Source: the human T2T-CHM13v2.0 reference genome, Homo sapiens
Length of the DNA stretch: 64,000 nucleotides
Strand: one strand, 5' to 3'
Assembly: GCF_009914755.1 (NCBI RefSeq)
Contig: NC_060947.1
A program made the translations under genes and the position numbers. Below, piece by piece: positions 26,410 to 48,404 of this stretch. The notes under the pieces were generated by a model. That model did not search any database, was not told the origin of the DNA, and saw nothing but the letters and a program-made list of their open reading frames with translations. The stretch's first letter is position 1. Each line of letters begins with the position of its first letter.

Positions 26410-28070
26410 AGTTAAAACTATTTTTTAGTTTCCCTTGAGACCTCACTTGATCCACGGATTATTTAGAAGTATAATTGTTTAATTTCCAAACATTTGGGGA
26501 TTGCCCAAGTGTATTTCTATTATTGATTTCTAAATCCTGTTATGGTCCAAGAATACACATTTGTATGATTTCTGTTTTTTATATTAAAATGTATTTTATG
26601 GCACAGAATATGGCTTATCTTGGTGAATATTCTATGTGCATCTGAGAAGAATGTGTAATCTGCTGTTGCTTGGTTGAATTTTCTATAAATGTCCACTAGG
26701 TCAAGTTGGTTGATAGTGCTATTCAGGTTATCTGTATCCTTGCTGATTTTCTGCCTACTTGTTCCATAAATCAATGAGAGAGGAGTGTTGAAGCCTCCAA
26801 CTGTAATTTTGGATTTGTCTGTTTCTCTTTTCAGATCCTGTCAGGTTTTGTCTCATGTATTTTGAAGCTCTGTTATTATGTGCATACACATTTAGGATTG
26901 TTATATCTTCTTGGAGAATCCTTCATGGTTATGTGATGTCCCTCATTTTTTTAAGAGAGGGGTTCTTGCTCTGTCACCCAGTCTGGGGTACAGTGGTGCA
27001 GTCATAGCTCAACTGCAGCCTCGAACTCCTGGGGCTCAAGTAATCCTCCCACCTCAGCCTCCTCAGTAGCTGGGATTACAGGCACAAGCCACCATGTCCG
27101 ACTCTGATGTCTTTCTTTATCTCTGATAATTTTCCTTGTTCTGAAATCTACTTCATCTCAAATTAATATAGCTACTCTAGCTTTCATTTGGTTAGTGTTT
27201 TATTGTAAAGATTTATCTTTTTTTCTTGTAGCTTATCAAGGCTGTATATTTAAAGTGAGTGTTCTGTAGACAGCATGTAGTTGGTTTTTGCTTTTCAATC
27301 CAGTCTCTTTTAACTGCTGTATTTAGACCATTCACATTGAAAGGGATTATTGATACAGTTGGATCAAAATCTTTCATTTTGCTAGCTGATTTGTTCCAGT
27401 TGTTCTTTTTTTCTTATTACCTCTTTTTCTTTTTAGCAGTTTTGTAATTCCACTTAATCTTGTCTATTGACATATTTATACCTCTTCTTCAAAAACTTAT
27501 TTAATGGTTATGTTGGGTTTTACAGCAAATATTTTTAAATAATTTGAGTCTACCTTCTAATATTACACAACTTCACCTGTCATCTAAGGACCTGATAACA
27601 TTATATTCTTAATTCTTCCTTCTCATCTCTGTGTCATTATTGTCATATATTACTGTTGTATATGCTATAAACACCTAATACGTTGTTAATGTTATTGCTT
27701 TGAACTGTCTGGTGTTTTTTTGTTTGTTTGTTTGTTTGTGTGTTTGTTTTTGAGACAGGATCTCACTTTGATGCCCAGGCTGGAGCGCAGTGGCTTGATC
27801 TCGGCTCACTGCAGCTTCGACCTCCAGAGCTCAGGTGATTCTTCTACCTCAGTCTCCCGAATAGCTTGGACTACAGACATGGGCTACTACGCCTGGCTAA
27901 TTTTTGTATTTTTTTGTAGAGATGGGGCTTTGCCATGTTGCCTAGGCTGGTCTTGAACTCCTGGGCTAAAGCGATCTGCCTGCCTCAGCCTCCCAAACTG
28001 CTAGGAATACAGGAGTGAGCCACTGTGCCTGGCCTGAACCGTCACTTATTTTTAGAGCAATTAAAAATAA
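26410..28070 (-). mobile_element. L1M ORF2 (endonuclease region) remnant with FRAM and AluJ insertions
   Basis: Minus-strand ORF 26520-26774 reads SRQKISKDTDNLNSTINQLDLVDIYR...YTFFSDAHRIFTKISHIL, typical of L1 ORF2p EN. Confidence 0.85.
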
Positions 28071-29449
28071 AAATATAGATCATACTTTATAGGCAGTTTT
28101 AGAGCAGAGGAATGTCATGGTCCTTTTAAAGTGTAAATCCTGTCACTGGTCGCTTTAATGGGGAAGCAGAAAGACCAGCTAGGAGGCTGTTGCAGTAATC
28201 TAATTGAGACATAGTGGCTTGTTCCAAGGTCATGTTAGATCTCAGAAGGGTTCACTAGATAAGACATCCAGAAATCTTTTTTGTCTGCTTCAGAGTCTCA
28301 CAATTTTTCATGACAGCTGAAATATTTAGATCTAAAGCTACCATGAACTCTCTGAATAAGATGTTCATATTAAAACACTAAAAACATGACCAGTAATCCT
28401 TGTTGACCTCATAGTTCAGTTAGAAATAATCACAGTAATTGGCATCATCATTAGATAGAGGGACAAATAGTAGTGTTTAACAAGTGTGTTGTCAACATTG
28501 TAGTTTTTAAAAAATTTAGTAGTGCTTAGCAAGTGCATTGTCAACACTGTAGTTTTTTTAAGGGTTTTTGTTTGTTTAATACATATGAAAAGAATGCATA
28601 AACAAAGAATTGAGACATGAGAAAGCATTGGTTCAACACTAATGAATCTAAAGAATTAGGATTTGGGAAGGTGGAAAAGATTACCTAAACATTTTCAAAA
28701 ATTGGAAACTGCAACCAAAATAAGCTGATAAAAATCCCTATTAACACTTATGAAGAGTCTTCAGACTCTTCCCATGATTTTTATTAAACTAGAGAGCCTC
28801 ACCTGGCTGCTATAGGAGTCTTCATATGCAGAACAGAAATAAGGAGACTCCCCTGACGGTTCCCCATGTTGCTAAGTGTTTTCCCCACCCCCACCTGACC
28901 CTGAGCTTCTTAATGAAGCAGGCCTCCATCCTCCTAATTTGAGAGGATGTGAATCATTCCACAGATGTCTGTCTTCTAGCACCACCCCTCATATTTCCTC
29001 TACATACCAGGTCTTCAGCTGCGTTCTAGGAACACCATAAACTACTGAGTTGCAAATCTATGTCAAGCATATAAGACAAACATTGTAGTCTTTTTAAATT
29101 TAAGATTATCCACACATGTTAAAACAAATGCATTTGTCCACTTTTTTGTTGGAAAATTATTAGGTCATTTATTGGAAGTTTATCATATTCTAGTCAATAT
29201 CAATCAAGTTATATACCTGAGTAATTCTACCAAGATTGTATTTCTGAATTCTAGATTACATGTTCTTTATAGAAAGACTGGAACTTTTAATAATAAATGT
29301 CTAACTTAAATACACACACACACTATATTTCCTTGTAGTGATGAAACTATATTCTACCTTAATTCAAACTTTCTACCTTGCAAAACTGGAAACCCTACAT
29401 TTATTATCAACCTTTTCTTTTTAGTTCAGTATTTATTAGGTTTAAAGTA

Positions 29450-30990
29450 CTTTTTAAACTCATTTTGCAAATTTCCAAATGTACTAAATGTAGAGAGTAC
29501 AATGACCCCCATGTGTACCCATCACCCAGTTTCATCAACTTCTTGCCATACTTAAAAAAAAAACTCATTGTTTGCTAAAACATTTTAATCAAATTGATTC
29601 ATCCTGTCATTTCATCCCTAAATATTTCATTATCTTAAAACAAAATTAAAAATGTTTTCTTAACTACAGTGCATTATCACATTTAACAGAATTAACAATA
29701 ATTCCTTAGTATCCTCTAATATTCAGTCTATATGCAGATTTACCTACTTACTAAAATAATTCTTTGTGTTTTTACAGTTAATTTGATCCAGATCTAAAAT
29801 AGACCCACTTACTGTATTTGGTTTTTTTTTTTTAATCTTCTATCGCTCTTAAATCAAAAACAGGTGTTCCCCCTCTACTACTTTTTTCTTGCCTTTGTCT
29901 TGGGAAAGAAGCTTGGTCAATTATGTTATAGTATTTATGAGGTTGTTTAATTCGTTCCTCCATATTTCTTGCAGACTAGAAGTTAGATCAAAGCCTTGTT
30001 TACGTTCAGGTTTAGTTATTTTTTTACTTTTATTTTTTAATTTTTTTTGGCAGGAATACATAGATGGTACTGTTTCCTGTTGCATTAATTGAGAAGGCAC
30101 ATAATGTTTGATTGTTGTACTTTTAGGGATACTAAGATTTAATGGTTGGGTTTACACGGTGACGACCTTCTCTTTTTATTGTAGAGTTTCCTGCAGTCTT
30201 CTCTGTGGGATGCTAAAACCATTGATGATTGTTGCCTGAACCAATTGTTTTAATAGGCGTTGCAAAATGACTGTTTTCTGTATTTTCTTTCTTTTTTTTT
30301 TTTTTTAGCAAACTTACTTTTTAATCTTGTCACTACCTCTGCATTTATTAACAGATGTTAACAGAACTCCTCGTATGCCAGAGCTGTTTGGTTAACTTGA
30401 AATATGCTTCATGTCAGAAAAGCAGAATAAATAAAGAGAAAAATAAGCATCAATTTTCAGAGTAGTGAATTGGTGCCCTAGCAACCTCCATTGGTATACA
30501 GTGAATTTTGTTTCTCTCTTCTTTTTTTATTTTCCTTAAAAATATCTGGTAGTAAGGAGGATCTCTCTAAGTATCATTATGAACTCATGACTTTTTATAT
30601 ATTAATTTTAATAAATCAGAGTCATTATTCCTTCTGTTTCACTATGTCTCATCTTTGGCCATTGGGAGCCCCTTCAGGCTGGCTTCTGTCTCCTTTTGAT
30701 AGAACCCCACTGGCCTTTGATAGCTTCATTACTTTTTGGCTGAAGAAAATATTCCACATTGACCTTAATCCATTTCTTGCCCCAGACATGGAATCATCTA
30801 TTTTTCTAAGATTACTTAGTTATTTTTAGTGGGGAATGATATTTAGAAATACATGTTAGGTGCTATGTATTACTGGGTTGTCATTTCTTTTAAGCTTTTT
30901 CAGTGGACATAGCTAGAAACTATGTATTTTTAAAAAGGAAAAGATCATGAGTTTACATTGATATCTCTAAATAAAAATTTAAGATTTTAA
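29450..30990 (-). mobile_element. Old L1M 3' fragments
   Basis: gtagagagtacaatgacccccatgtgtacccatcacccag...; ggccattgggagccccttcaggctggcttctgtctccttttga. Confidence 0.6.
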
Positions 30991-31046
30991 GCTTTTCTTT
31001 TGTAAGGTTAGATGTTTTATTACAATATGTTCTTGAACTCCTGGCC

Positions 31047-31570
31047 AGGGCTGAAGGCAAGAGGATTGCTTGAGGCCAAGAGTTTGAGACCAGACTGAGC
31101 AACATAGTGAGACCCCATATCTATTTTTTTTTTGAGACATGGTCTCGCTCTGTTGTCCAGGCTAGAGTGCAGTGGCTTGATCATGGCTTGCTATAACCTC
31201 AAACTCCTGGGGTCAAGTGATCTTTCCATCTCAGTCCCTCGAGTAGCTGGGACTACAGGCCTGTGACCCTGCACCCAGCTAATTTTTTAATTTTTTGTAG
31301 AGACGGGGTCTTGCTTTGTTGCCTAGGCTGGTCTTCAACTCCAGGGCTTGTGATCCTCCTGCCTAGGCCTCCCAAAATTCTACGATTACAAGCATGAACC
31401 ACTGTGCCCAGCCGTGAGATTCTATCTCTAAAAGAAATTTTAATACATTTTTAATAAAGTATACAGGAGGATGTGCATAAGTTATATGCAAATACTATAC
31501 CATTTTATTAATATATAAGGGATTTGAGCAACAAATGGAACCAATCCTTGCAGATACCTAGGGACCACTA
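31047..31570. mobile_element. FLAM fragment (+) with an antisense AluJ (31124-31413), followed by a MER2-like end (31445-31570)
   Basis: Alu blocks; gtatacaggaggatgtgcataagttatatgcaaatactatacc...ggaaccaatcc...gatacctagggaccacta. Confidence 0.75.
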
Positions 31571-32451
31571 TATCCTGCCTTTTCTGTATTTGTTGCCTGT
31601 ATTATATCACAAGCCTCCAAGAAAAAAAAAATCACAAGCCTTCAGTTATCTTGATGCCCAATGTAGTGTAACCTTTTCTTTCTCATTCTTGTACCTTGTA
31701 CTGCAGCACACGGTTACATTCAATTTAGTGTTTCATATTCATTCACTCTAGTATTTCATTACTTCGTACTTCATTATTCTGTGTTGGTTTGTATTTGTTT
31801 AATGGGTTTATGTCTTCTTTCAATACATTTGTAATTTCCTGGAGATCAAGACTTTTCCATCACTGTAGGAGGTTTTTAATGTTTTCAAATTAATGTATGA
31901 GAAAGGAGGCACAGATATTCTATTAAAAGGATTAAAAAATAAAAACTTTGTCTATGTTTCTAGAATGTAGCTTTAAGACACACTCAAGGAAAATACTTTC
32001 AGATGGTCATCACTTTTGGTGCCTGGCCTCAATTCTTATTTGGCTTAGCTTCATTATTGGTGGCCTAGAACTTGGCTGGTAAGTAGGAGAGTTGGAAGCA
32101 AGGCTGGCTGCCTGGCAAAACCTACTTATGTTGACTTGGATTGCTTTTGATCTTATTTGCTATTTTATCAACTATTTTTATACTCCTAAATGAGTAGAAT
32201 TTCTGTGGTTTTTATAGAAGAATGAGAACCAGAAAAGCCAGACTATTTACAACACTTTAAAAATGTGACACTAGTCCTATAATAGTACTGAAGCTACTTG
32301 TTATGAGACTGTGTTAATTTGTTTTATGATTAGCGTAGGAAGAAGCAGCTGAGGTGATATGTCCCATCTGTCTGCTTTCCTCTTCCTTCTCTTTCACCCT
32401 CAAAGAAGATGCTGGAGATTCTTCAGGGAAGAATAAAAAGATTAAATTTAG

Positions 32452-32616
<165 letters not shown>

Positions 32617-32697
32617 TAACTTTTCATTTCATCTCCTTTTCCTTACAGTCAAATAATACTTTAATACTTTTGTCCCTAATGTTGCTTGGAATTTTTG

Positions 32698-32699
<2 letters not shown>

Positions 32700-32735
<36 letters not shown>
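32700..32735 (+). repeat. (TG)17-18 microsatellite
   Basis: Perfect TG run. Confidence 0.98.
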
Positions 32736-32737
<2 letters not shown>

Positions 32738-33094
32738 AAAGCAGATCATGATTTTTAGAACCTTTGATAAATAATTGGGAACTAAGCTGTGATTTTTTTC
32801 TTGCCAAACTAAACTTTAATTGTTTAAAATAATTACAAAATAAGAATCTATTTATTAAAAACCTTCTATAGTATATGTTTCTAAAGTAAAAAGTCTCATC
32901 AAATGTCTTTTCAAGTCTTTGCATTTTTAAAAATACTGATTTGTTGAAAATATTTTATTTCTAAGATTATAGTCTTTAGATGGACGATTCTGTTGCCCAG
33001 GGTTCATTTTTACGCCCAGGGTTCATTTTTACTTGCTTCAGTAATGCTTCACCAAAAATTGAACTTCAGATATACATAGAAATCATCACATGTA

Positions 33095-33495
<401 letters not shown>

Positions 33496-33931
33496 TTAGC
33501 AAATCTATAATTGACTACTTTTTGATAAATACCTGGGAGGACATTTTGGTTTTATCATCTGATTTGGCTTATGATTCCTTGAATTTACAAAAATTAAAGT
33601 ACTTTGTCTTTGATCTCATTTTATCATCACAGTAGTACTAAGGGAGAGGGAAAATACCAGGTTGAATAGAAAAGGAAACTGAGAGATAAAATGGTTAGAA
33701 TTTGGACTTTTAGAGCTGAATGATTTAGAGATTATCTAATCCAGCTTTCTCATTTTACAGGTGTAGTTACTGAGCCCACAGAGGTTTATTAAATTGTCAG
33801 CATCATATGCTAGTTTACGATAAAGCTAGAATAGAACCCACATCTGCTCTAATTCCTTGCTGACATTTGTAAAAGCTACTTTAGAAGGGTTCTATTGAGT
33901 ATTGCTTCATTGATGTTTAGCAGATAGTTTA

Positions 33932-34270
<339 letters not shown>

Positions 34271-34690
34271 AATAATATATCTTTAGCAGCTTTGAAAGGG
34301 ATAATCTCAAGTTTTGCTGCTCAGACTACTGAGATTATTATTAGAAAATAGAAGAAACAAAGAGTTTTTTAAGTGACTCTTATTCAGTAGCTTCCGTAAT
34401 ATTGAGTGTTGTAAAAGTCCAGATGTAATAAAATACAACTCAAGTATTATGAAAGCAGAGACCTTAATTATATAAGTGCTTCCAAAAGAGCTTAATTTAC
34501 ATTATAGCTATTCAAAGTGTATTACATGAATTCTAAAGAAAATCTACAGATTAAATATTGTCATTATAAATGATGTACTTGAACTTCTTTTGAATAATTA
34601 GCTTGGAACTTTGTTCTGTGGAGAACATGGGCTTTGGCATTCTGAAGTACTTGGTACTGATTTTTTTTTTTAATTTTCTATTTAAAATAG

Positions 34691-34774
34691 ATGTTTGTAT
34701 CTGAAAGCAAGGAGACGGCATCTGGAGATGTAGACAGCTTCTACAACTTTGCTGATATACAGATGGGAATATGA
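34691..34774 (+). CDS. RP2: RP2 exon 5 coding part to stop
   Basis: tttaaaatag|ATGTTTGTATCT...GGAATATGA; MFVSESKETASGDVDSFYNFADIQMGI*, TGA at 34772-34774. Exon lengths sum to a 350-aa protein if exon 1 supplies 34 codons. Confidence 0.97.
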   Translation: MFVSESKETASGDVDSFYNFADIQMGI

Positions 34775-36469
34775 AGTGCAATGTGGAACCAGGACTTGGT
34801 ATTAAGCCTTTCCCAACTTGTGAATATAGAATTTGATAATACACTTTTGTGTATTAGCAATGGTTTTTACTAATGCTAAAACTTTTAAAGTTTATTTTTT
34901 AATAAATTGTTGAGTATTACATCATTTACTTGAGGTTCAAAAATAATTCATTTTAAATTAAGTAGTTTTAATCAGCTTAAAAGCTATTTAACCCATTTTA
35001 ATAAGCTTGCAGTTTTGTTTCTCTGCATATGATATTCTTATTAGAAAACAGAAGTAGCTAAAAGTTTATTATTTTAATCCTATTTAAATGTTCTTTCAAA
35101 TCTCTAATAATTTAAACTTTCCTCAGTGCTCCATGATACTTTTTTTGAGACTCCATATCATTGCTTATTTTACCTTTTTCAATTTAGAGGGATTTGTTAC
35201 TAGTCGATCAATTAGAATGAACCTATGCACATTTTTATGTACACATATCCAGTTATATAATTGCTTCCTAGTTGCATTATATGGCAAATGAGATTTTGTA
35301 CATGGAGTTGACATAATACTTTGTAAATTGAATTTTTTAAAGAAATAGGCATTTGATAACCAGCTTGGCAAGTAACTCTACTAACAGATGTTGGTATAGC
35401 TATTTAAAGACTACTTCGTAAGTAGTATGATTATTTGAATAAATTACACATTGTTTAGTTTTTTAATACAACTGCTATATGACTCTTCTGCTTCCTGATA
35501 AGAAAAGGTATATGCAATGCTAAAACTGTAGAAGCCCAATCACCAGCAGTTTTTAAAAAGGTGATAACTTTTATTAGCTCTTGTGGGCTATCAAGAGAAT
35601 TAGAACAAAACCTTGTGACTTTTAGGTAAGAAATAGGCATGATGATAAGCTATGCAGATTATTAAAAAGCTTGATACATTTGATTTTTCATTAGATATGC
35701 CATTCATATCAAGTAATGTTCAAGTATGATAAAATTATTTTGGTTGCTTTAAAGCACTGTTTCCCAAATCTACCTGATCATAATAATTTACCAGGAAGCA
35801 GAGGAGAGCTACTTGTTTAAAAATCCACATTCTTGGACCCAATCCTCAGATGCACGGATTCAGTCTTCAGGGGAAACTCTGTTTTAAGGGGTATGTTGTA
35901 ATCTAAAGTAATTGGTTCAGGAGGTGTCAATAGGTTGAACTTGTGAGAAGGCACTGAATCTGCCATCCACATCACATATAGCAGCTATTATGAAATCAGC
36001 TTTCATAGGCCTATTTTTAAAAGGAATCTGAAATTTAATTCTATTTTGATAAAACTAAGACTGAAAATAACCACTTGTAAACATTCCTATGATTGTTACT
36101 AAAATGTATTTTCATGTTTAAAATGTTTTTGGATATTTTTGGGTTAATAACTACTACATTGAATTGCATGTTAAGGTGCAGAAATAATACATTAAAAGAT
36201 TTTCACTTTAAATTAATTAGTAATATTGAGCGCTCACCCTGTGCGTGGCCTTGTGCTAACCATTAGCACTGCATCATTTCAATTCTTTTATAAGGGCATT
36301 CAATACTACAAAATCAACATGATTTCATAAGGTGCAAATAAAAGTTGGTGACAGATTTAATATAATTTTGATCACAATTTACAAATGATCTTTGCAAATA
36401 GTGGTCAGACGGCATTAGTTTTTCCCTTAGTTAAGCTAAATTAAAGGGACTCCATCCTGTTATGATTAT

Positions 36470-36779
<310 letters not shown>

Positions 36780-37340
36780 ATGATGATATTATTAAACACC
36801 ATTATTCACATTTCAAATAATAACAATACTTTTTGTTTTTCAAAAATAAAATGCAATGTTATATAAAGCTATAAACTAAGTTCTTTATGATATTTGAGCA
36901 ACAACTCAGGAATATAACATATAAGGGAGATGTTAATTTAAAAATTTCCACTACACTTATTATCTATTAACCAAAGCTTAAAATTTTGTATTCTTCTGTT
37001 AGATAAGACCTTTTACCCATTTAATTTGTCTTTAAGGACAGTCATTTGGCTTCTGAATGTTTGAAACGATTTTAAAAAATAAGTAGTGCTATGGTTGTTT
37101 CTATAATTCTAACCTTTGATAGTAATCAGAATGTATTACATTTCATTTCTGAATAGCTTTTGAATTTATGAAAAATTATTAACAATGAAAAATTGGTAAT
37201 TTTATTAAGTTATATGTGTTTAAATATTATATTAGCTTATTTCTCTTGCATTAATAGTACTGCTGTTTTTGTTTTGCTTCTTTATATTTATGTCTAGCTT
37301 TTATATGTAATTTATCTAGTGTTTATAAAATGTGATTTGT

Positions 37341-37346
37341 AATAAA
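37341..37346 (+). terminator. Likely main poly(A) signal of RP2
   Basis: AATAAA preceded by U-rich/TGTA sequence and followed by a GU-rich tract (tggtttgtatatggtctgtttgt). Confidence 0.75.
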
Positions 37347-37367
37347 TGTTGTTAAAATGAAAATGGC

Positions 37368-38131
37368 TGCAATGGTTTGTATATGGTCTGTTTGTCCCCA
37401 CCAAAGCTCATGTTGAAATTTGATCCCCAGTGTGGCAGTGTTGGGAGATGGGGCCTAGTGGGAGGTGTTTGAATTATGCAGCCCAATCCCTCCTGAATGG
37501 CTTGGTCCTGTCTCTAGAGAGACTGGATTAGCTCCGTGAGAGTGAGTTGCTATAAAGCAGGGTAAGGGTTTCCTTCTCTTTGCTAATGTCCACTTCCCCA
37601 TTAACCTTCTCCACAATGTTGTGATGTAGCACAAAAGCCTTCACCAGAAGCCAGAGCCATGCCCTTGAACCTCTCAGCCTACAGAACCCCTTTTCTTTAT
37701 AAAGTACCTCTTTTCTTTATAAAGAACCTCTTTAAGAGAGCCTACAGAACCTCTTTTTCTTTTTTCTTTATTTTTTTGAGACGGAGTCTCCTTCTGTCGT
37801 CCAGGCTGGAGTGCAGTGGCGTGATCTCAGCTCACTGCAACCTCCACCTCCCAGGTTCAAACAATTCTTCCTCAGCCTCCTGAGTAGCTGAGATTACAGG
37901 CACATGCCACCACGCCCAGCTAATTTTTGAATTTTTAATAGAGATGATGGGGTTTCGCCATGTTGGCTAGACTGGTCTCGAACTCCTGACCTCCAGTGAT
38001 CCACCCGCCTTGGCCTCCCAAAGTGCTGGGATTACAGGCGTGAGCCACCTCGCCCGGCCCAGAAACTCTTTTCTTTATAAATTACCCAGTCTCAGACATT
38101 CTTTTATAGTAACCTGAAATGGACTGATAAA
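37368..38131 (+). mobile_element. MST-type MaLR solo LTR with an antisense Alu (37755-38058)
   Basis: tgcaatggtttg...ctcatgttgaaatttgatccccagtgtggcagtgttggga...tttataaattacccagtctcag...ggactgataaa; candidate 5-bp TSD atggc/atgac. Confidence 0.85.
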
Positions 38132-38694
38132 ATGACTTACCACTAAGAGCACTCTATAACATGCATTTACTCATACATGTGCCAAAACTTGACGTAATTT
38201 TTTAAATATTAAATGTAAAATGCTCTAATCTACATCTTAAGTTAATGAGATATGAGCTGTGAGCTGTGTGTGTGTGTGTCTGTGTGTGTGTGTAAGACTC
38301 TGGAGCAATGCAAAGGAAGTAGAAAACCTATTTTAATCTAAGGAATTTCCAATATAATGCTTCCTTTGCTAAAAGGAATTTTATTTTGAATGTTATTATG
38401 AATGGATAGTAAGATTAGGTATCTTTCTCTTCCATATTTAACAAAAATAGTGATACACTTTCAGGTTTATACAAATGGACCTTATTTTAAAATTACAAAT
38501 TTTCCAGTCTTTTGTACCCAACTTCTCCCTCTCCTAGCCCATAAATCAGAAGGACTGAAACAACTGCAGATTGATTAGTTTTTAAAATAACATTTATTAT
38601 TTTTATAAAGGTTCTGCATGTACATTTGCAGCATTTGGAGCACTGAGAAAAAACATGCACAAGACAATAACAAAAATTATTTTTTATTGGATAA

Positions 38695-39388
<694 letters not shown>

Positions 39389-39964
39389 ATACTTAACCAT
39401 TCTCTATACAAAGAGAAAGTATTGTAATTAGGATATGATCACTTCTTCGAAACTCATTCTAGAAAATATTTTATCCTTTAAAACTACAACACGAAGAAAG
39501 CTAAACTTCATTTGAATTTTCATAATAGACATCTTTTTTGTGAAAATGGAGTCATTCACTGTTGACTTCTTTTTTTGTAGATGGGGTGGGGTAATAAGCC
39601 TTTAAAATACTTCACCTCTTTCCTTATATGTTTTGGTTCTTAGTGGCAAACTCCAGCAAGATGTTCAGAAATGGCAATTTCTTCCTTTTCTAGTGTTTTA
39701 GTGCTCTCCTGGTGAGGGCTGTTTCTCACCTATAAAAACTGTGAGCATAAGTCATACACAGCCCCACCATTCTCACCTTGGCTTGGATCCTCCCTCTGGG
39801 GCCTGCCTTTACTCTTTCAGTTTTATCTGGTCCACTCCTAATTGGACTAATGAAAATTAACTTGCAAATTGTGTGACAAGTAATTAACTGATGTTTGTAA
39901 AGTGCCTTGAAAATGAAAGGTACTTTATAAATATTAAGCATTATTGTGCTGAGCAAAATGAGTA

Positions 39965-44200
<4,236 letters not shown>

Positions 44201-44369
44201 TGTCATAACAAAAATTTAAGTATACAAATATAGACTATGAGTGCATTTTTATGGGTAAATGTTACTTTCTTCCCCAGCTCAAGTATATGTAAAGAGGTTC
44301 CTCTCACTGTATCTGAAGGGACATAAATCATTTAAGTATAGTTGGGTTTGAGTTTTTAAATGCTGTTAA

Positions 44370-44830
44370 GATATAGCAGCTACTTATATATCAAACTCTG
44401 TGTTTCTGTGTTAAGTACTTTACATATAGAATCTCATTTAATCTTCTCAGCAACCCTAAGAGAGGTACTATTACTATTCCTTTATTATTATTATTATTGA
44501 GGAAATTGAAGCTTAGAGAGCTAATTTCCCTTGGTCAAACAGGTGCTAAGCTCAGAGTCTGGATCCAAGGCCAGAGAGAGCCGTTTAACTCCGAAAGCCA
44601 TGCTCTTAGCCACTACACTATACTGCTTAGCAATAAAAATAATAGCAACCATTTACTGAGCACCTGCTATAATAGCCAGGCACTGTGCTCACTATTTTGC
44701 ATATATTAAGTCATTTAACCTTCACATCAAGTGTATGAAGACTGCATTACTGGTCCCATTTTGCCAGATGAAGAAATTGACACTTAGGTCAAGTACCTCA
44801 TTTGTTCAGGGTCACATGTTTGAAAACTGG
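44370..44830 (-). mobile_element. Two adjacent MIRs
   Basis: ctcatttaatcttctcagcaaccct...gaggaaattgaagcttagagag; catttactgagcacctgcta...cccattttgccagatgaagaaattga. Confidence 0.75.
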
Positions 44831-45641
44831 GAAGAGGGGACCTATTAAAGGATGAGATCAATATGGTTAAGGATGTATTTGGCCAAAATGGAGTAGAACC
44901 AGAATAGAACCTGAATCTTGCCCCAACTACCTGTTTCCAGGCGATCTCAGGGAAATCTATGCCCAGAGTAGAAAACAAAGCAAAGATTCTTCATTATTAG
45001 CTGGAGCTTTGGCCCTAACCACCAGTGTAGAACTGTAAGGACTCGCGCTGGCCCATAGCAGTTTTCCTGTGCTAGATTGGCCTGCGGCCCCCAAAGCACA
45101 CATTCTAGGATCTGCTCTTCCTCCACTGATGGGACGAGGGCCTGCCTATGAGTGCTAGAGGAGGAGAAAATTGAAAGAAAGATGGTTGTATTGATGCTTG
45201 GGAGCCTGTACCTCTAGGCCTGGCTGCTGCAAAGGGAGAGAAAGGGAGAATGAGCAACAGGGCACTTCCAGGCAGAAGATGGAGACAACCACTTACCTCT
45301 TTAGTCTTCTTAAAGTTCCTCTTTCTATGACTGTGGTACAGCCTAGTGCCATGGAATCTTCCCAATCCAGATTAACATTCCTTCTGGGTGGGGGGGTTGG
45401 AGGAGAAAAAGAGAAGAGAAAATCTGAGCTTCCTTTACCCTTAAGACCAGCATTACCACAGCAAGTAAGTGTCTGAACTGGGATCTAAACCAGTATCTGT
45501 GCTCTTAACCACTATTCCAGTGGGAGGGGCATATCAAAATTACATATAACCCTCCAGGCAGTTATAAAGCCTAAACATGGTATTGTGCAAAGCATTAAAG
45601 ATGGGAGAAAAGACTGAAGATGGGTAAAGAAACAACATTCA

Positions 45642-47972
<2,331 letters not shown>

Positions 47973-48404
47973 TAGCATTTTTTACATCAGTGAAAATCAC
48001 TCCATTTTTCTTCAAAATTTCTTCCAATTTTGGTTCCTGGGATATTGAATGCAGTTGTCCCCCATCTATGAATTCACTGAGCACTGCTTCTTGGGCCAGG
48101 AACTGTGCCAGACTCAGTGTTTTCTACTTCTCTGAGACTTAGTCTTTTTGGCTAGCTCCTCATTTCTTTTTTCCTCTACCCTCCTCCACCTCAGCTGTCA
48201 TCACAGTACAAGACTCAGTCTTGAGTCCTCTGCTTTTATCCTTATGTTATTTTTTTTGCTTCTAAATATTAATTTTAATTACTTTGAAGCAACCTAACTT
48301 AGTATCAAATGTTTAACCATTACAATTGCTAAACTGGAAAATCAGCATTATTTGTATCTGACCAATTATATAATACTCATCAATTTTTCTTTTGATAAAA
48401 AATA

